64,000 nucleotides of DNA, taken from NCBI GenBank assembly GCA_964016885.1, contig OZ024742.1, positions 300,886,001 to 300,950,000 on the forward strand, written 5' to 3'. The position numbers and the translations under genes were made by a program. This DNA is from Eledone cirrhosa. Its lineage: Eukaryota. This document shows, piece by piece, positions 24,690-40,404 of the stretch (the stretch's first letter is position 1; the number at the start of each line of letters is the position of its first letter). The notes beneath the pieces are model-generated. The model saw only the letters and a list, made by a program, of their open reading frames with translations. It was not told the origin of the DNA and did no database searches.

Positions 24690-25264
24690 CGCGCGCGTGT
24701 GTGTGTGCGCGCGCGTGTGTGCGTGTGTGTGTTAGGTAGGTTGTAACTACAGTTACAGGTGGCGAGCCCTTCGAAGCCCTCATTGCTGTTACGAGGTCCG
24801 TAACACAAGGTTGTAATCCAGAGTTAAGGCGGCGGTAGTGTAAAGAGTGTAAATAGAGTAAGTAGAATCGAAGTCATTGTTGTAGTATATGTACAAAACT
24901 TATTGGCATATTATAATTAATTCGAAATCGATCAGCTGATGGTACAATCAAAATGACGGGAGTCGACATCTCATCAGATAAGCGAGTTTATATGTGCAAA
25001 GACGTAACGGCATATTTCACTTAATAACATGGAAATAAATAGGGAAATCGTCATACAAATGTTTAGCTTCTTTTTTTTTATTGTTTACATGCGTATCGGC
25101 ACATTAAGTCAAGTCTGATTTTCAATCCATACACACAAAAGCCGTACCTTTGGAAACATCACATAAGATCTATAAAAAAATAAGGCCCGATTAATTAATG
25201 GATTAGCTGATTGAGCACTTGACTTAATTTTCTCTTTACTGTCACATATTGCTCCCACTGTTGA

Positions 25265-25532
25265 CAGAGGCGTAAACTAGGGAAAACAGCGCCTATGGCA
25301 AGCAGTGAAATTGTGCCCTTGCCCAAACATCTAACACCCATCTTTCAGATAACCAACCACAAAATCAGCTCAAATATCCTAATCACGTTCGTTAATCTTT
25401 TAATTGAAAACAATACATGAAAATTACAATTGTATATTTTTCTTTGCTTATCTGACTTCAATAGAAAGTGTTCCTAGTCCAAGTGACGCCCATGGCACGT
25501 GCCATGCTTGCCATACCTTAGTTACGCCTTTA
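25265..25532. mobile_element. hAT-like MITE
   Basis: cagaggcgtaaactagg / cttagttacgccttta ends; degenerate 8-bp TSD actgttga/tctgtaga. Confidence 0.55.
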
Positions 25533-26098
25533 TCTGTAGACATTGCAAACTTTAATGTTTTGGCAATGTAGCTGGGGGGGGGGGGGGGTCCCCCCCCCCC
25601 CTAATACCCACCTACACACACATCAAGCCTTTACAAAACATCAAGTTTGTTATCAAATGTAATCCCTTTGTGGTTGTTTTTTATAATACTGCCTTCATTT
25701 CCACATGATAACTTTTTTCCAGACATCTCAAATATTAGTTTCTGATTTAGGGACAAGGCCAATAATTTTAGGAGAGGGGGAGGTCGATTAAATCGACAAA
25801 GCTACGTACTGCCCTCTTCTGCCGAAAATTATAGAAGCTGGAGTCTTATAGAATTCCAGTAGTAATCAGGAGCTGATTATACAGAGCGATTGCCGGTCTA
25901 GAAAAAATTAAGTATTAGGATTGGTGCTCTGAAATAGCAGAGAGAATATGCTCCGAAATCATTAGACGTGTCCGTCGGACCTACGGCTCCAGAATCAGAC
26001 AGAGCCACACAATGATCGCGTCTCGAGCTGTCTGCCGGGGAAACAATTGTAACACACAATAAATTGAGTTCAGATGCATCACTGATTTTTCGTTTTCT

Positions 26099-26143
<45 letters not shown>

Positions 26144-26394
26144 GAGAGGTATAGAGATTGTTTTAGCAAGAAGCTAACGGCATTCTATAACATATATGCG
26201 ACTATAACGTCAAGATGGGAAAAGTAGTTAACGAAAGATTTAGGAAAAATAACTCAAACTCATCTCAAAAGAGAATCAGGATATAAATTCATCCACAGAA
26301 TTTAGTAAAATCCAGGGAAAAATCTATAGACCTTTAACTCATGATAAAATAAAGTTTGAAACACTTTATCCTTCAATTTGGAATAACATCAAAT

Positions 26395-26475
26395 GCTCTG
26401 TATAGTCTTAAAAGACTATTTCATGAAAACTTTCAGTGGAGATGGTCACGGTTGGATTTCATTCATCAGCAGAGC
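26395..26475 (-). ncRNA. Hammerhead ribozyme (type I), intact
   Basis: gctctg-CTGATGA-atgaaa...tttcat-GAAA-tagtctt-tt-aagacta-TA-cagagc. Stem I is 6 bp, stem II 6 bp, with a full stem III. It lies in a (TA)n-flanked segment ~26140-26652. Confidence 0.8.
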
Positions 26476-26648
26476 TCAACAGAAACCAGGGCTTTCACAG
26501 TAATATAATCCGAAAAAGGGAGTTCTAAAACTGGCTAGTTCGCCTTCATGTGTATTTATGAAAAAGCACATGAGGAAAAAACGGGGCTAGTGACGTCAGG
26601 ATGGAAGTGAATGTTTATTTACAAGAAATAGCAGTCAAATACATTCTG

Positions 26649-26692
<44 letters not shown>

Positions 26693-27124
26693 TATATATA
26701 TATATATATAATTATATATATATATATTGTTATACTTTGGGAGGGTCATGTTGCCAATAAGAAACGAAATATATATATATAATTATATATAAATATATAT
26801 ATAATTGAAAAAATAACCAAGGTTCATATATATGTGTGTGTGTATACAGAGAGAGAGGGATAGGGGGACAGATAGATAGATATTTGTGTGTGTGTAGGTG
26901 GATAATTTGGTTATAATCCGAGAGGTTAATCTCTAGCAACAGCTTCTTAAGTAATCATTAAATTATCACTAGAGGGAGAGATAAAGTGTTGTTGTGCTGG
27001 AGAGTGTTTCGGTGGGAGATTATATATATGTGTATGTAAGTGTGTGTGTTCATCTTGGAATCAATACGGGAAATACAAGACATCACACATCATATATCGA
27101 CTATGACGGCATGTGTGTGTACAC

Positions 27125-27167
<43 letters not shown>

Positions 27168-27189
27168 CACACAAATATATATACAAATA

Positions 27190-27841
27190 TCTATTTATAT
27201 AAAACTGAGGATGTCTGTCTGTGTGTGTGTGTATATGTGTGTGTATCTGTGTCTGTGAGTTTGAATCCCTAAAACTCGAGAAGTAGCCAACCGATTTTTT
27301 TCAAACTTTACATGTGTGTTACTTATGTTCAGGAAGTGTTATGCACATAAAATTCAACTTTTTGATCCCCTAGGGCTTCCATTAGGTGTAAAAATGCGTT
27401 TTTTTAAAGCTTTTGGGGGTTTTTTGAGACGTTAGGTCAGACTGATTTCTTGAAATTGTAACTATGTATTAGTCAGTCTCTTCTTCATACCGTGAGCAAA
27501 GAAAATCCAACTTTTTTATGACCATTAGGTGAAAAACTTCATTTTTTTCAGCTTTTTAGGGCTTTTTGAAGGCGTTACGTCTAGCCGATTTTCCCGAAAT
27601 TTCAATGCATATTACACATTAAAAAATTTCATTTTCTTGATGCCCTAGGGCCCGCATTAGGTGAAAACCTGCATTTTTCCTGCTTCATCGAGGAAAATCT
27701 TAAAGATTATCCAGCCATCAGAGTATTCGGTTTATTTTCTTTACATATTGTCCAGGCATGCAGTTTTTCCACGATTAGGTCTGTTGGCGGACCGCGTTCC
27801 AAAATACCTTATCCCGTGCAACGCTGGGTACCACTGCGAGT
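27190..27841 (+). mobile_element. Non-autonomous Helitron
   Basis: 5' TCtatttatataaaactgaggatgtctgtctg and 3' hairpin cccgtgcaacgctggg..tgcgagt. Ends are shared with 43128-43709. Confidence 0.7.
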
Positions 27842-28037
27842 ATATATATAACTTTGATAACTTTGTTAACTTTGATAGGTTCGGCCAGTATTGGCCCAGA
27901 CCATGTCTAACTTGATAGCACCACCTGACGAAGACTTTCAAATCAGGATTTGGACACCATGGTCCACTCAAGTAGAGAGTTTTATATATATATATATATT
28001 CACACACAAATGTATATATATATATATACACACACAA

Positions 28038-28073
<36 letters not shown>

Positions 28074-28148
28074 TTGTACATATATATATATGTACATATA
28101 TACATGTACATATATATATGTACATATATATATGTACATATATACATA

Positions 28149-30301
<2,153 letters not shown>

Positions 30302-30488
30302 AGTTAACAAGATATCGTTTAAGGTAATCCAAGTAGAGGTTATGAGTACTCTGTAGCGAGGATAGTTTTAACGTTCGGCAATTTTTGACTCAACAAGAAG
30401 TTTCCTTAGTCGGGTGGCTGGTTTAAGAAAGTTCCCCTAGGGAAGTGGTTCTTGGAGTAATAATAGTACATGAGTGAAGAATAACATA

Positions 30489-30521
<33 letters not shown>

Positions 30522-30528
<7 letters not shown>

Positions 30529-32411
30529 TAAAATAACAGATTAAAGTTTAAGCAAAGAATCGCTGCTTTCACCCTTAACGGGATCTTCTGAAACTAACAA
30601 ATTCAATCTGTAAACGCAGAACTGGATATTTCAAAAAACGTTGCAACCGGAGGAAGACAGGAAGACGATACTTTGGTTCGTGGTAACGTTCGCTGGCAAA
30701 GAACGGGAAAAAACGAATAATACGTCATTAATAGGAGCGGTGAAAAACAATTACGCGCAAAGACAAAACCACGTTTATGGTATAGAAGAGGTCGTAGACT
30801 AATGTTCTCTTAGGTGGTGCATAGAGACGTTCTCTGGCAATGAACGAAAAAACGAAGATAATAAGTCATACGTGGAGCGTGGAGAACAATAGCACGCAAA
30901 GACAAAACCACATAAATGGTATAGCAGAAGTCGTAGACTAAAATTCTAACTAGGAGACCAAATGAATCTCCGCTACAGAGTTAAGAACAAAGTAAATAAA
31001 TACAATACAGAAGTAATAGAAACAAATAAATACATACACGCAAACAGATACGTACATACACAAGCATACGCAGAACCTTACCATAGGTATACAAAAGCAC
31101 GCACATATAAATATGTGTGTGTGTGTGTATGCTTGTGTACAAATAAATAAATAATTATATAAACGTATATAAGTAAATAAATACGTATATAACAAGCGCA
31201 CACGCATACCTACATATAAATACACGAATGTTCGGAGACGTAAGTCAACTAAAACAAGAAGTACACATATACACACACCCACCATACGTACGAACCTGCA
31301 TACTCACGCAGACGCAAAACTCCCGTATACACATAGCTAAACCCTAAATACCAGAAAATGTAAAAATTATACGCCATAACAGTCAAATATACGTACGAGA
31401 AGGTATACATGCCTTCACAAAACATACGGGTAATATATACTTACCTATGCAAATAAGTAAAGGAATAAACAAAACATATACTTAGCTCCCACATCAAGAC
31501 GTAAAATATCCACGTATAGATCGTGCTATCCGTTAGGGTATAAGGTGGGGCTGTAATACAGGAAAGTTTTGTGCAATTTATGTTTACAAGCCGAAATTGC
31601 CTCAGATTTTTTGTTTAAGATGTGGTCTGTGGCGTACAGTATTTCCAGGGCCTCAGCGGCGCAGAGGTCACATGGTCTTTTATTTCCGTTATACGATCTA
31701 GCCCTAGCTAGGATCTCCCAGTGTAACTTATATTGGGTGTGGTTGTCTTTTAGACTCCAGATATAAGCTGAAAGTGACGCCATATTCCTTTTTAGAGGGT
31801 AACGAAAAGAATGGGTATGCATGTAAAGACGCTGCTTGAAACTATTGGCGGTTAACCCTATGTAGGCCCTACGGGACGTGGGTATTACAACCTTACATTT
31901 GTAGACAATGTTACTAGAGATGCATTTCCCGGATAGGGGGCAATCAGCCCGATTCCTACGATTACAGTTAGTACTAACTACAGGGTTGCACGTGTTCCTA
32001 CGGCTAGGTAGTTTAGCTAAATTTGAAGCTGTGATGTTATGTGCAAGGTTAGGAGTCGTAGAGTAAGAAATTTTAATAGTATTTCTATTAAAAATTTTAC
32101 TATATTTATGTGTAGGGGGAAAATGCTTCGTAATAAGGGAAAGAAAGATCTTAGCTAATGGTGTGGCCACCTCCATATTATATGGTGGGTTAAACCAACA
32201 AATGCGACGGGATCTATTTCTTCTAGGTCTATTTTCGTACTCTGTATATGCTACCTTATCGACAAATCCACTTCGAGCAAGAGCTTCATTGTAATAAGTG
32301 GAATGGTCGTTGAAAATGCGCTCGTTGGTGGAAAGACGGGAAAGCCTCAACGAAACGTTTCTTACCAGGTTCTTGGTTATGCTGGCAGGGTGGTTGGAAT
32401 GCTTACTTATG

Positions 32412-32414
<3 letters not shown>
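30522..32414 (-). mobile_element. Same Penelope family, 5'-truncated: thumb + GIY-YIG (31526-32350) + 3'UTR/pLTR
   Basis: CPLSGKC..NIVYKCKV...YIGLT..FKQRL..H...CDLC..E. 32112-32414 overlaps 29868-30172 in inverse; (TA)n flanks. Confidence 0.9.
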
Positions 32415-32460
<46 letters not shown>

Positions 32461-32465
32461 TCTCA

Positions 32466-32513
<48 letters not shown>

Positions 32514-32711
32514 ATACTTGGGGAGGGTCATATTTGTGTAATATTGCCAGAATTAATAACAGAACACACTCACTGTTTGGTTGGTTTTCGCTTTTCGCTT
32601 CTGTGTCTTTTATATCGGTAATCTAATTATTCGGTCCTCAATGTTGCCATTGACTGACCAACGGTAAAAAATAATACAGATACAATATAGACACAAACAC
32701 ATATATATAGT

Positions 32712-32755
32712 TTATCAAAGTTGTTTCGTTGCACGTCTGCAACATCGTCAGTGGT
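32712..32755 (-). ncRNA. Degenerate hammerhead at the 3' end of the 33-36.5 kb Penelope
   Basis: CTGACGA-t-gttgca-gacg-tgcaac-GAAA-caactttg. The cleavage site and stem I partner are damaged. Confidence 0.5.
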
Positions 32756-33008
32756 GCTATTGTTTCCTCCCGTTACATTGTATTTTCTACGCCATCTTTA
32801 TTTAGTCTGTTTATATATTTATTTATTTGTTTATTTTATTTTGTCTTCTTTGCGCATGCGTTTGCGTGTGTGTATAATGTTTTGTTTGATGTGTGTTCGT
32901 GATTGGGTGACTGTGTATTGGTTAATGTATTCTATCTTTACTAGTGTGTGTTTATATGTATTTGTTGTTATTGTACTTGTGTATGTATTTATTTATCTAT
33001 TTATTTAT

Positions 33009-36000
33009 TTATACTTCTCTTAGGTCAGTGTTGTTTGTTTGGGTGTTGCTGTTATTCCATTCATTCTTTCTGTTTAGTCTTCGCCTTCTAAGTTCTATTT
33101 CACTGGCCTCTCTGATTTGCCTATCTGCTGGGTCATTTCTATGTTTAGATATTATTCTAATTTCTATGTTGTCTATGTTACCGTCGTGTTGTTGTCTGGC
33201 ATGTTCGTATAGTACTGACCCGTTTTTTCGTCCTTTTAGTTCCCCCCAGTGTTGGTCTATCCTTTCACCTATGCTACGAGCTGTCTCGCCTATGTATGTT
33301 GTTGTCATGTTTCTGCAAGTACCCTCTGTACATCTTATGCTATAGACTACGTTTCTAGTTTTACAGTTTATCCGGGGGTTTACCTTACATATGATACATT
33401 TCCTATTAGTACAGTGGGTTTTCTTAAAAGGGTAGGTTTTGCTGATCAGGGATTTTATGGTGGTTCCTGGCTTTTCTACCACTTTTATTTTTAAGTGGGT
33501 CTTTCTCAGGGCCTTTCTACACTGGTTAGCTAATTTCCCTCCAGGGGTAGCGTCCACAAACATGACACTCTGGTATCTCTGGTTGTCGTACCATGAGGTG
33601 GCTTTCCCTATCTTATGTCTATCCCTATCTAAGCTATTCCATGATTTGCTCCTGTATAATGGGCAAATTCCTTTCATGTCCAGTTCTATGAGGGTCTTAT
33701 ACTTCTCCATGGCTCCTTCGTATACTCTGACTCTGTCTCTTTGGTTGTAGCCAGAGAACTGCATGCGGTTGATGAAGTGTTCGATGTGTCTTTCCATTTC
33801 TGTTGGGTCGCACATGCGGGACACATTCTTCATCACTCGTACCAAATCTGCGATCAGAATATTAAACTTAGCACTACTGGACATTGCTGATTTTTGAGTA
33901 TCAGGTATTTGGAGGCCATGGGTTTAGCATAGTGTGAGTGGAGAATTTGGGCTCTCTCGTCTATAGTGTTAATCCAGAGTTCCGTGTCTAATACAGGTAG
34001 TTTATTGTTAGGGTGTTTGGAAGGGTAGTCGATAGTTACAGTTATACTCTGGTGTATGGAATTAGCTATCTGCTGGATGCTTTCCATTGTGCTACGTTCT
34101 AAATCAAACTTGTTAGTGCTCTCTAGTGGGGATGTTCTTATAACTATATTGATATCGTCTACGTAACGAGAGTACATGATGAGGTCTATGGAGCTCTCAT
34201 TAAGGAGATCTTTAAGTCTCCTTTCCCACCATACCATGAAAAGGTTGGCAACATCACCAGCTATGCTGACGCCAATGGCTGCTCCCTCATTTTGGGTGTA
34301 GATCTTCTCGTTGAACTTGAATATGTGGCCCTTTAGGGTAGTTTTGATACTAGCCCCTATTGCATGTGCGACCATTTTTCTTACCTGATCATTGTTTTGG
34401 GGGGTCCGTATAGCTTTGGTCCACCCAATCCACCTTCCCACGGGAGTCTTTTTTGCCATTGAGGTTATGGTGGGGGGTCTACCTCTTATGGGTCTACTAG
34501 GGCAGAAACGTCTAAGGTCATGGCTGTCTAGGTAGTCAGTGTCGTAGGTAAGTCTAAGTAGGAGGCCCAGTTCGTCTGTGTCGACGTCGCAGAACTCCAC
34601 CTCACTCTCAATGATCATCTCCACACATTTTTCCACAGCAAAATCAATGTTAATGGATGGGTACAGTGATACCACATCCATGCTGCCTATTATGCAGTTG
34701 GATAGGTTCCTGTTTTTGTTGCACTCACTGATTCTGCTGAGGAGGTCCTCTGTACTGTCACATACATCTGGGGACATCTTGATTATGGGGCGTATAATCA
34801 TTGAGAGGAAGTAGGAGATCCTGTAGTTGCTAGCTATATTTGCTCCGCATACGGGTCTTGTTGGTGATCCTGTTGTCGGGTCGTCGACTGTCTTGTGGTC
34901 TTTGCGGAGCCCATACAAGGGTGGTATGCCATTGTTAGACGCCTGGAAGTTGTTGGCAGTGCGTCTGCTTGGCTTTAGGATGTCGGTCCACATCATCATG
35001 TGAGCGTTGAGGATTTTCTCTCTCTCATCATGTGTTTGCTGTGCAATTTCGCTCGTGTTGGTGATGTGGGGTTGCATAGCTTTGATGTAGTTCGGCATGC
35101 TATCTATTGACATCCTACCAGACTTATCCGTGGGTAGACATACTACCTCACCATCCCTTGTGCGCTGCTTGAGGCTAACCAAGCCTTCTACAGGTTTCCT
35201 CCCAAGTTGTTGGGCCTCTGGTCTGCTCTGTCTCTTAGTATACCTGTCTACTACTTGTCTAATCTTATTTCTAGCTATGGTGAACTGTGCCTCTGTCTCG
35301 TCATCTATTTGTTGTGGTATGCAAACTCTTTTATTAAAGGGTAACCTCGTAGCATAGATATTACCCATCTTATATGTTTTGTCAGCTGGGTTGAAAAATA
35401 GTTTCTCTGAGGGGTTGTCATTATATCTATCGTCATAGTTGTGTGTGTTGCTATTATTGTTATCATGGTGGTTGTTGTTGTTCCTATCATTAGCATCATT
35501 ATTATTGTTATGATTGCTAGATGTATTGTTGTTTACTTCATCGTTATTGTTGTTGTTACTGTTATTTCTACCATTGCGGTTGTTACTTTTATTATGTTTC
35601 TTGTTTTTGTTGTGTCTATCATTAATGTGGCTACATGTATTATTTCCATTATTACCACTGTGGTTATTGTTGTTGTTGTTCGTATTGTTACCGTTATTAC
35701 TACTGTGGTCGCTGCTGCTGTGTCTGTGGTTAATGTTTCTATTATTATTATTATTGTGGTTGTTGTTGTTGTTCTGTCTATCGTTAGTATTATTACCATT
35801 ATTACTATTTCTCACTCTCCTGCTATTGTTATTGCTATGGCTGTTATTTCTATACTCAGAGTTATTGTTTATATTACTACTACCGTTATTATTGTTGTTG
35901 TTGTTGTTGTTTACTTTTGCATTCCAACGTATTTTTGTGAAACACTTTTCCAGCTCCGTTTTGGACTCAATAGGGTTAATCTTTTTGTAGATGGCAAATT

Positions 36001-36500
36001 TTGGTGGTAGCTGCAGGATTTGTTGTTCTTGTTCACTGATTAAAGTGTTCCCATAAATATTTACTGTGTGGTCATTGGTAAATTCTTCCGGTAGTTTTGC
36101 ATCAGTCATACGGATATTGTTGATGTTATCTGGGTATTTTTGAGAATATTCTATTTTCCTTTCTTGTAGTTTTTTCTTATTCATCCATTCTAATTTCTTA
36201 TTGAAATGCCTATTGCATTCGTTTCGGGCGTATTTCGTTTGGTGTGGTGAGATTTTGGACTTCCTTACCGTTAATGCGTTTCTGTCTGTAAAGTTCGTTG
36301 ACTTTTGTGTATGTTGTTCTTTTCATATTAACTGTTATTGTGTGTTTTAGTCGTTCAGCTTGTGTTTTGTTCAATAATAAATTATTTACTTGTTTTGATA
36401 TGTTTATTGTGTATATTTTGGAGGAAACACAGTGTTTTAAGAAGCGGATTTGTTCTGTTGTTATTGTAGTTTTTATATATATATGGTAGTTGCAACACAT
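33009..36500 (-). mobile_element. Near-complete Penelope-like element: RT + GIY-YIG, frameshifts near 33885 and ~36200
   Basis: TDKSGR, LYGLRKDHK, SMDVVSLYPSI, QNEGAAIG, SRYVDD, LPVLD, then CKTRNVVYSIRC...YIGETARSIGERIDQH. Asn-rich in-frame insert at ~35420-35910. Confidence 0.9.
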
Positions 36501-36659
36501 TTAAAACGATCACGATTGAAATATATTTTTAAAGGACTGGATGATCATAGTTTGAGAGAAAGAAACGAAATACAAAAAATGAAAGAAAAAAAGGTGTTTG
36601 ATGATAATAATGATATTAATGGTGTTGGTAGTAGTAGTGTTAGTGGTGGTCTTAGTAAT

Positions 36660-37332
36660 GATGTGGCATTATAGTTAGGGTATTCGGCTTACAATCGTAA
36701 GGTTGTGAGTTCGATTCTCGGTGGCGCGTTGTATCCTTGGGCAAGTCACTTTATTTCACGTTGCTCCAGTTCACTCAGCTGGCAAAAATGAGTTGTACCT
36801 GTAATTCGAAGGGCCAGCCTTGTCACATTCTGTGTCACGCTCGCTGAATCTCTGTGGAATGCTCAGTCACTTGTTCGTTAATTTCACGAGAAGGCCGTTC
36901 CATTGATCGGATCAACTGGAAAACTCGTCGTCGTAACTGACGGAGTGCCTCAGGCAGCATTGTTGTAGTATTGTTATTGTGTTACTGAAGAGACTGTGAT
37001 GGCACAATATGGCTTAGTACTAGACATGTCGTGAGTTCGATTTTCAGCGACGCATTGTGTCTTATATTGCTTCAGTCGATTCAGCTGACCAAAAGAAACA
37101 AAAATACGAGAATCGCGCTAAATCTCACCCTTGCTCCAGTCAACTCAGCTGGCAAAAATGAGTTCTACCTGTAATTCGAAGAGTCAGCCTACTCACATGA
37201 TGTGTCACGCTGAATCTCCCCGAGAACTGCGTAAGGGTACGCGTGCTTGTAGAATGCTCATTCCCTTGCATCCTTAATTTAACATGCAGACGGTTCTGGT
37301 AGTATTGGTCGTTGCAATCGACGGAGGTCCAA
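36660..37332 (+). mobile_element. Two tRNA-derived CORE-like SINEs
   Basis: B-box gagttcgattctc, then tgtatccttgggcaagtcacttt, ttgctccagttcactcagctgg and gccttgtcaca...gacggag. Confidence 0.75.
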
Positions 37333-37647
37333 CATACTGTAGAGACTTACAGTAAAGATCAACATTAGTAGCCTTAATAATGAGGCTTCTCGGATTATTT
37401 CTCGGTTAGAGTGGAACATATGCTGACGTTGCTTAAGATGAAATAAGGATTACAGTTAATACTAATCCATGTAGTCAACATTTATAGTAATTTCAACGAA
37501 GGTATTTGGCTTAAGACATCAACTGAGGAATATAATTACACGAATGCAGCCTAGTTTCTCTTGTTCCTTGTGTACTTTACTTCTTACTGGCTTGTTGTTT
37601 AGTGTTTGTTTGTCAAGGTCTGTGGCGTTCATAAGATCTAGGTTGTG

Positions 37648-37681
37648 AATACATACATATATGCATACATACATTCATACA

Positions 37682-37712
<31 letters not shown>

Positions 37713-37729
37713 GTACATACATACATACA

Positions 37730-37763
<34 letters not shown>

Positions 37764-37957
37764 CATAGATACATATGTACATACATTCATACATACATAC
37801 ATATATACATAGATACATAGGTACATACATACATACATACATACATATGTACATACATTCATACATACATACATACATACATACATACATACATACATGT
37901 AAGCATACATACATACATAAATACATGCAGACATGCATACGCAAACACATACATACA
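37648..37957. repeat. Degenerate (CATA)n array
   Basis: Direct inspection. Confidence 0.9.
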
Positions 37958-38292
37958 CGGTAGTTTATCAGTGTTTCTATTTGAACTCTCATTAAACCCA
38001 CTATCATACCTAATTACAAAGCATAGTTGTCATAGAAATTAATCCAGAAGTATTCCTGCCTTTTCTTCGTAAAAAGAAAAGTTTATGCTGAATGGGCAAA
38101 ATACCGACCACTCCAAAACACAATTATACCTCATAACTCAATTTTCCAGAGACATTGAAATGGAATATAGTGAGTCAAAGCGTCCATTTTTTTTTGGGGG
38201 GGGGGGGGGGGTAAATGAAGAAAATTTGTGCAGCTCAACGAAGAAACTAAACATGAATGACTTTACAATACAACCTCTAGGGTTAGGTAACA

Positions 38293-38486
38293 CAGACCTG
38301 CCAACCTCTAAAAGCCCAAACGGAAGAGTACCATGAAAAAGTGCCCCGAAACGGGGTGAAATGAGGCAAAATGGGGAGATTTTATATGATGATAGTTATA
38401 CCCATTTTCACAAGATAAGAAATCTCTCAACAACCCCAAAGTGGGTGAGAGATCTCCCTGTCGGACGGGGAGAGTTGACAGGTCTT
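38293..38486. mobile_element. hAT-type MITE
   Basis: cagacctgccaac / gttgacaggtct ends; TSD aggtaaca/tggtaaca. Confidence 0.7.
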
Positions 38487-39104
38487 GGTAACAACAGTAG
38501 TTATCTTGGACAGGATGAGAATATCAGATATAATGTACCCATAAATGCGGGGAGGGCAAGAAATGAATGGCTCGGGAGAATAAAGAAAATATAGTCGTCA
38601 GAAATCTTCACCTACAAAAATCATTGTTCACAAAACCTTTACTGTACCTATCCTAACACCTATATTTGACATTCTGAACTGGTTACTATAACTAAAAGGG
38701 ATAGGTATAAGAACTTACAAGCTACTCAGTGCTACTGAAAATGTTTACATCAATGAGGTGTACACAGGCTATACTTTCAACACAAGGAGGGTAGCCGGAA
38801 TTTGAACTTAAGTACACATTAAAATAATAAAACTACTATGAGAATATTAAATATACAGGAAAATGTAATTATACTTAATTTGAAATATCATAAGAAATAT
38901 AAATGTAGACTGAGCTTTTTAGATATATTTGTGACAATTTAAGAACATTAGAATAATTATAATATGCAAAGTCTAGACAGTTTCGAGACGACCGTACTTT
39001 AAAGAATCAAAAGCCACTTGTTTAACTTCTACTTATCTTTTTTTTTTAAATAAGCAAGACTCTAAATGAAATTGCTAAACACAACAAAAACAAAATACGT
39101 TGCT

Positions 39105-39242
39105 TATAAGCCCCCTTAACGAAAAAATGGACCTTATCACTCGTGGGACTCGAACCCACAAATTTATACCCTGCAAGCATGAAGGCATAGGTTTGAGTCC
39201 TGCAGGTGCTAATGTCCATTTTTTCCGTTAAGGAGGATTATA
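39105..39242. repeat. Fold-back element with two opposed B-box-like motifs
   Basis: tataagcccccttaacgaaaaaatggac / gtccattttttccgttaaggaggattata arms; inner gggactcgaaccc and ggtttgagtcc. Confidence 0.6.
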
Positions 39243-39639
39243 TACCCTATTGTTTAGACCAGCGTTTCTCAATCTTTTTACCCTTGAAATAGTTTTCATG
39301 TCTCAAGGAACTCCCGCATAAAAATGATTATATATCGTTCTTAATATCTATCTCTTTTATATCTTTATTGTAGTTCACGTGGTAAATATATATATAATTT
39401 TAGGATAACTGGTTTATTTATCATACGTTTATTTAAAATACGTTACATTTAATATACAAAAGAGCACGAAAGTATCTAACAGTGATAGGCACTCTACCAA
39501 TAAATTCTTCAAACACTGCAATCTCGCAATCTCATAACTTTAAACGTGCTTTCATTGCAGGCAGGTACGACAAAAGAAGTTAAGGAATTTAAAACATAAT
39601 TTAAAGTATAATTTAAAACAAGATCATTAAGTATGTCTT

Positions 39640-39930
39640 GAACGCCTCTGCCTTCCCATCGAAACTCGAGCCAGTGTGGTTGGACCGAAAGGGATTCAAA
39701 AGGCTGGATGGCATCACGATCTTCCCATCGCAGGGTGGCTAGCCACTTATCTGGGAAGCAACATACAACAACACTTTCTCCAGCAACAACCTGATACATT
39801 TGGCGACAGACCCAGGCTTCGTTGCACGACAAACCGAAGATCTCAAACTGTTGACGTATCGGCCGCTTTCCGAAAGGTCTTTCGTTGAACCTGTAGCTGT
39901 GGAGAGTACCTGGGTTCTTGGTCACCGTAC
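39640..39930 (+). mobile_element. CRE-clade RLE fragment
   Basis: LEPVWLDRKGFKRLDGITIFP..G*PLIWEAT...PVAVESTWVLG resembles the CRE EP..L.R.DGKRPDG.T..PW..G..L.WDAT motif. Confidence 0.6.
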
Positions 39931-40404
39931 CATCTCTCTACCTACATAGAATGGCTATTTCAATACATCTCCCTACCTACGCAGAATGGCTATTTCAACA
40001 CATCTCCCTACTTAGAATGGCTATTTCAACACGTCTCCCTCGCTACCCTCCGATGTAACGATTTCTCCCTTCTGTCCGCTGAGATCAGGGGGCGTCCGAG
40101 CTCGTATCATTGGGGGTAGCTATGATTGAGTATTCTTTCTCGTATTTTATAAATTATTTCTCCCTCTCACACACAGAGTTTAATTTTAACTTTTTTGACG
40201 TGCTTCAAAACATAATTAAAAATACAACTAAAGCCCAAAGCGATCGAGATAATGAACACAACCGTTCCACAAACAATTCCAAAAGCTACTAAATATTCCA
40301 GATTGTGATAGACCTGACACCAAGAATCGATGCTTAAAGTGGAGAGTAAAGGCTTTCTTAAATGTAGTCCAAAATTACAAGAGGTTTATTCTGAAACAGT
40401 GGAC

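Noticed and set aside
24742-25057. Possible solo LTR (TGTA...TACA)
   Set aside because: No convincing TSD and no second copy in the window.
25800-26100. Non-repetitive stretch as a possible host exon
   Set aside because: No recognisable protein motif or supported splice structure. Host exons cannot be excluded without RNA-seq.
27920-27985. CTGACGA hammerhead core start
   Set aside because: No GAAA/stem III partner before the (TA)n run; at best a truncated remnant.
35441-36010. Hydrophobic Leu/Val/Ile-rich ORFs resembling membrane proteins
   Set aside because: They are antisense readings of the Asn-rich Penelope tract.
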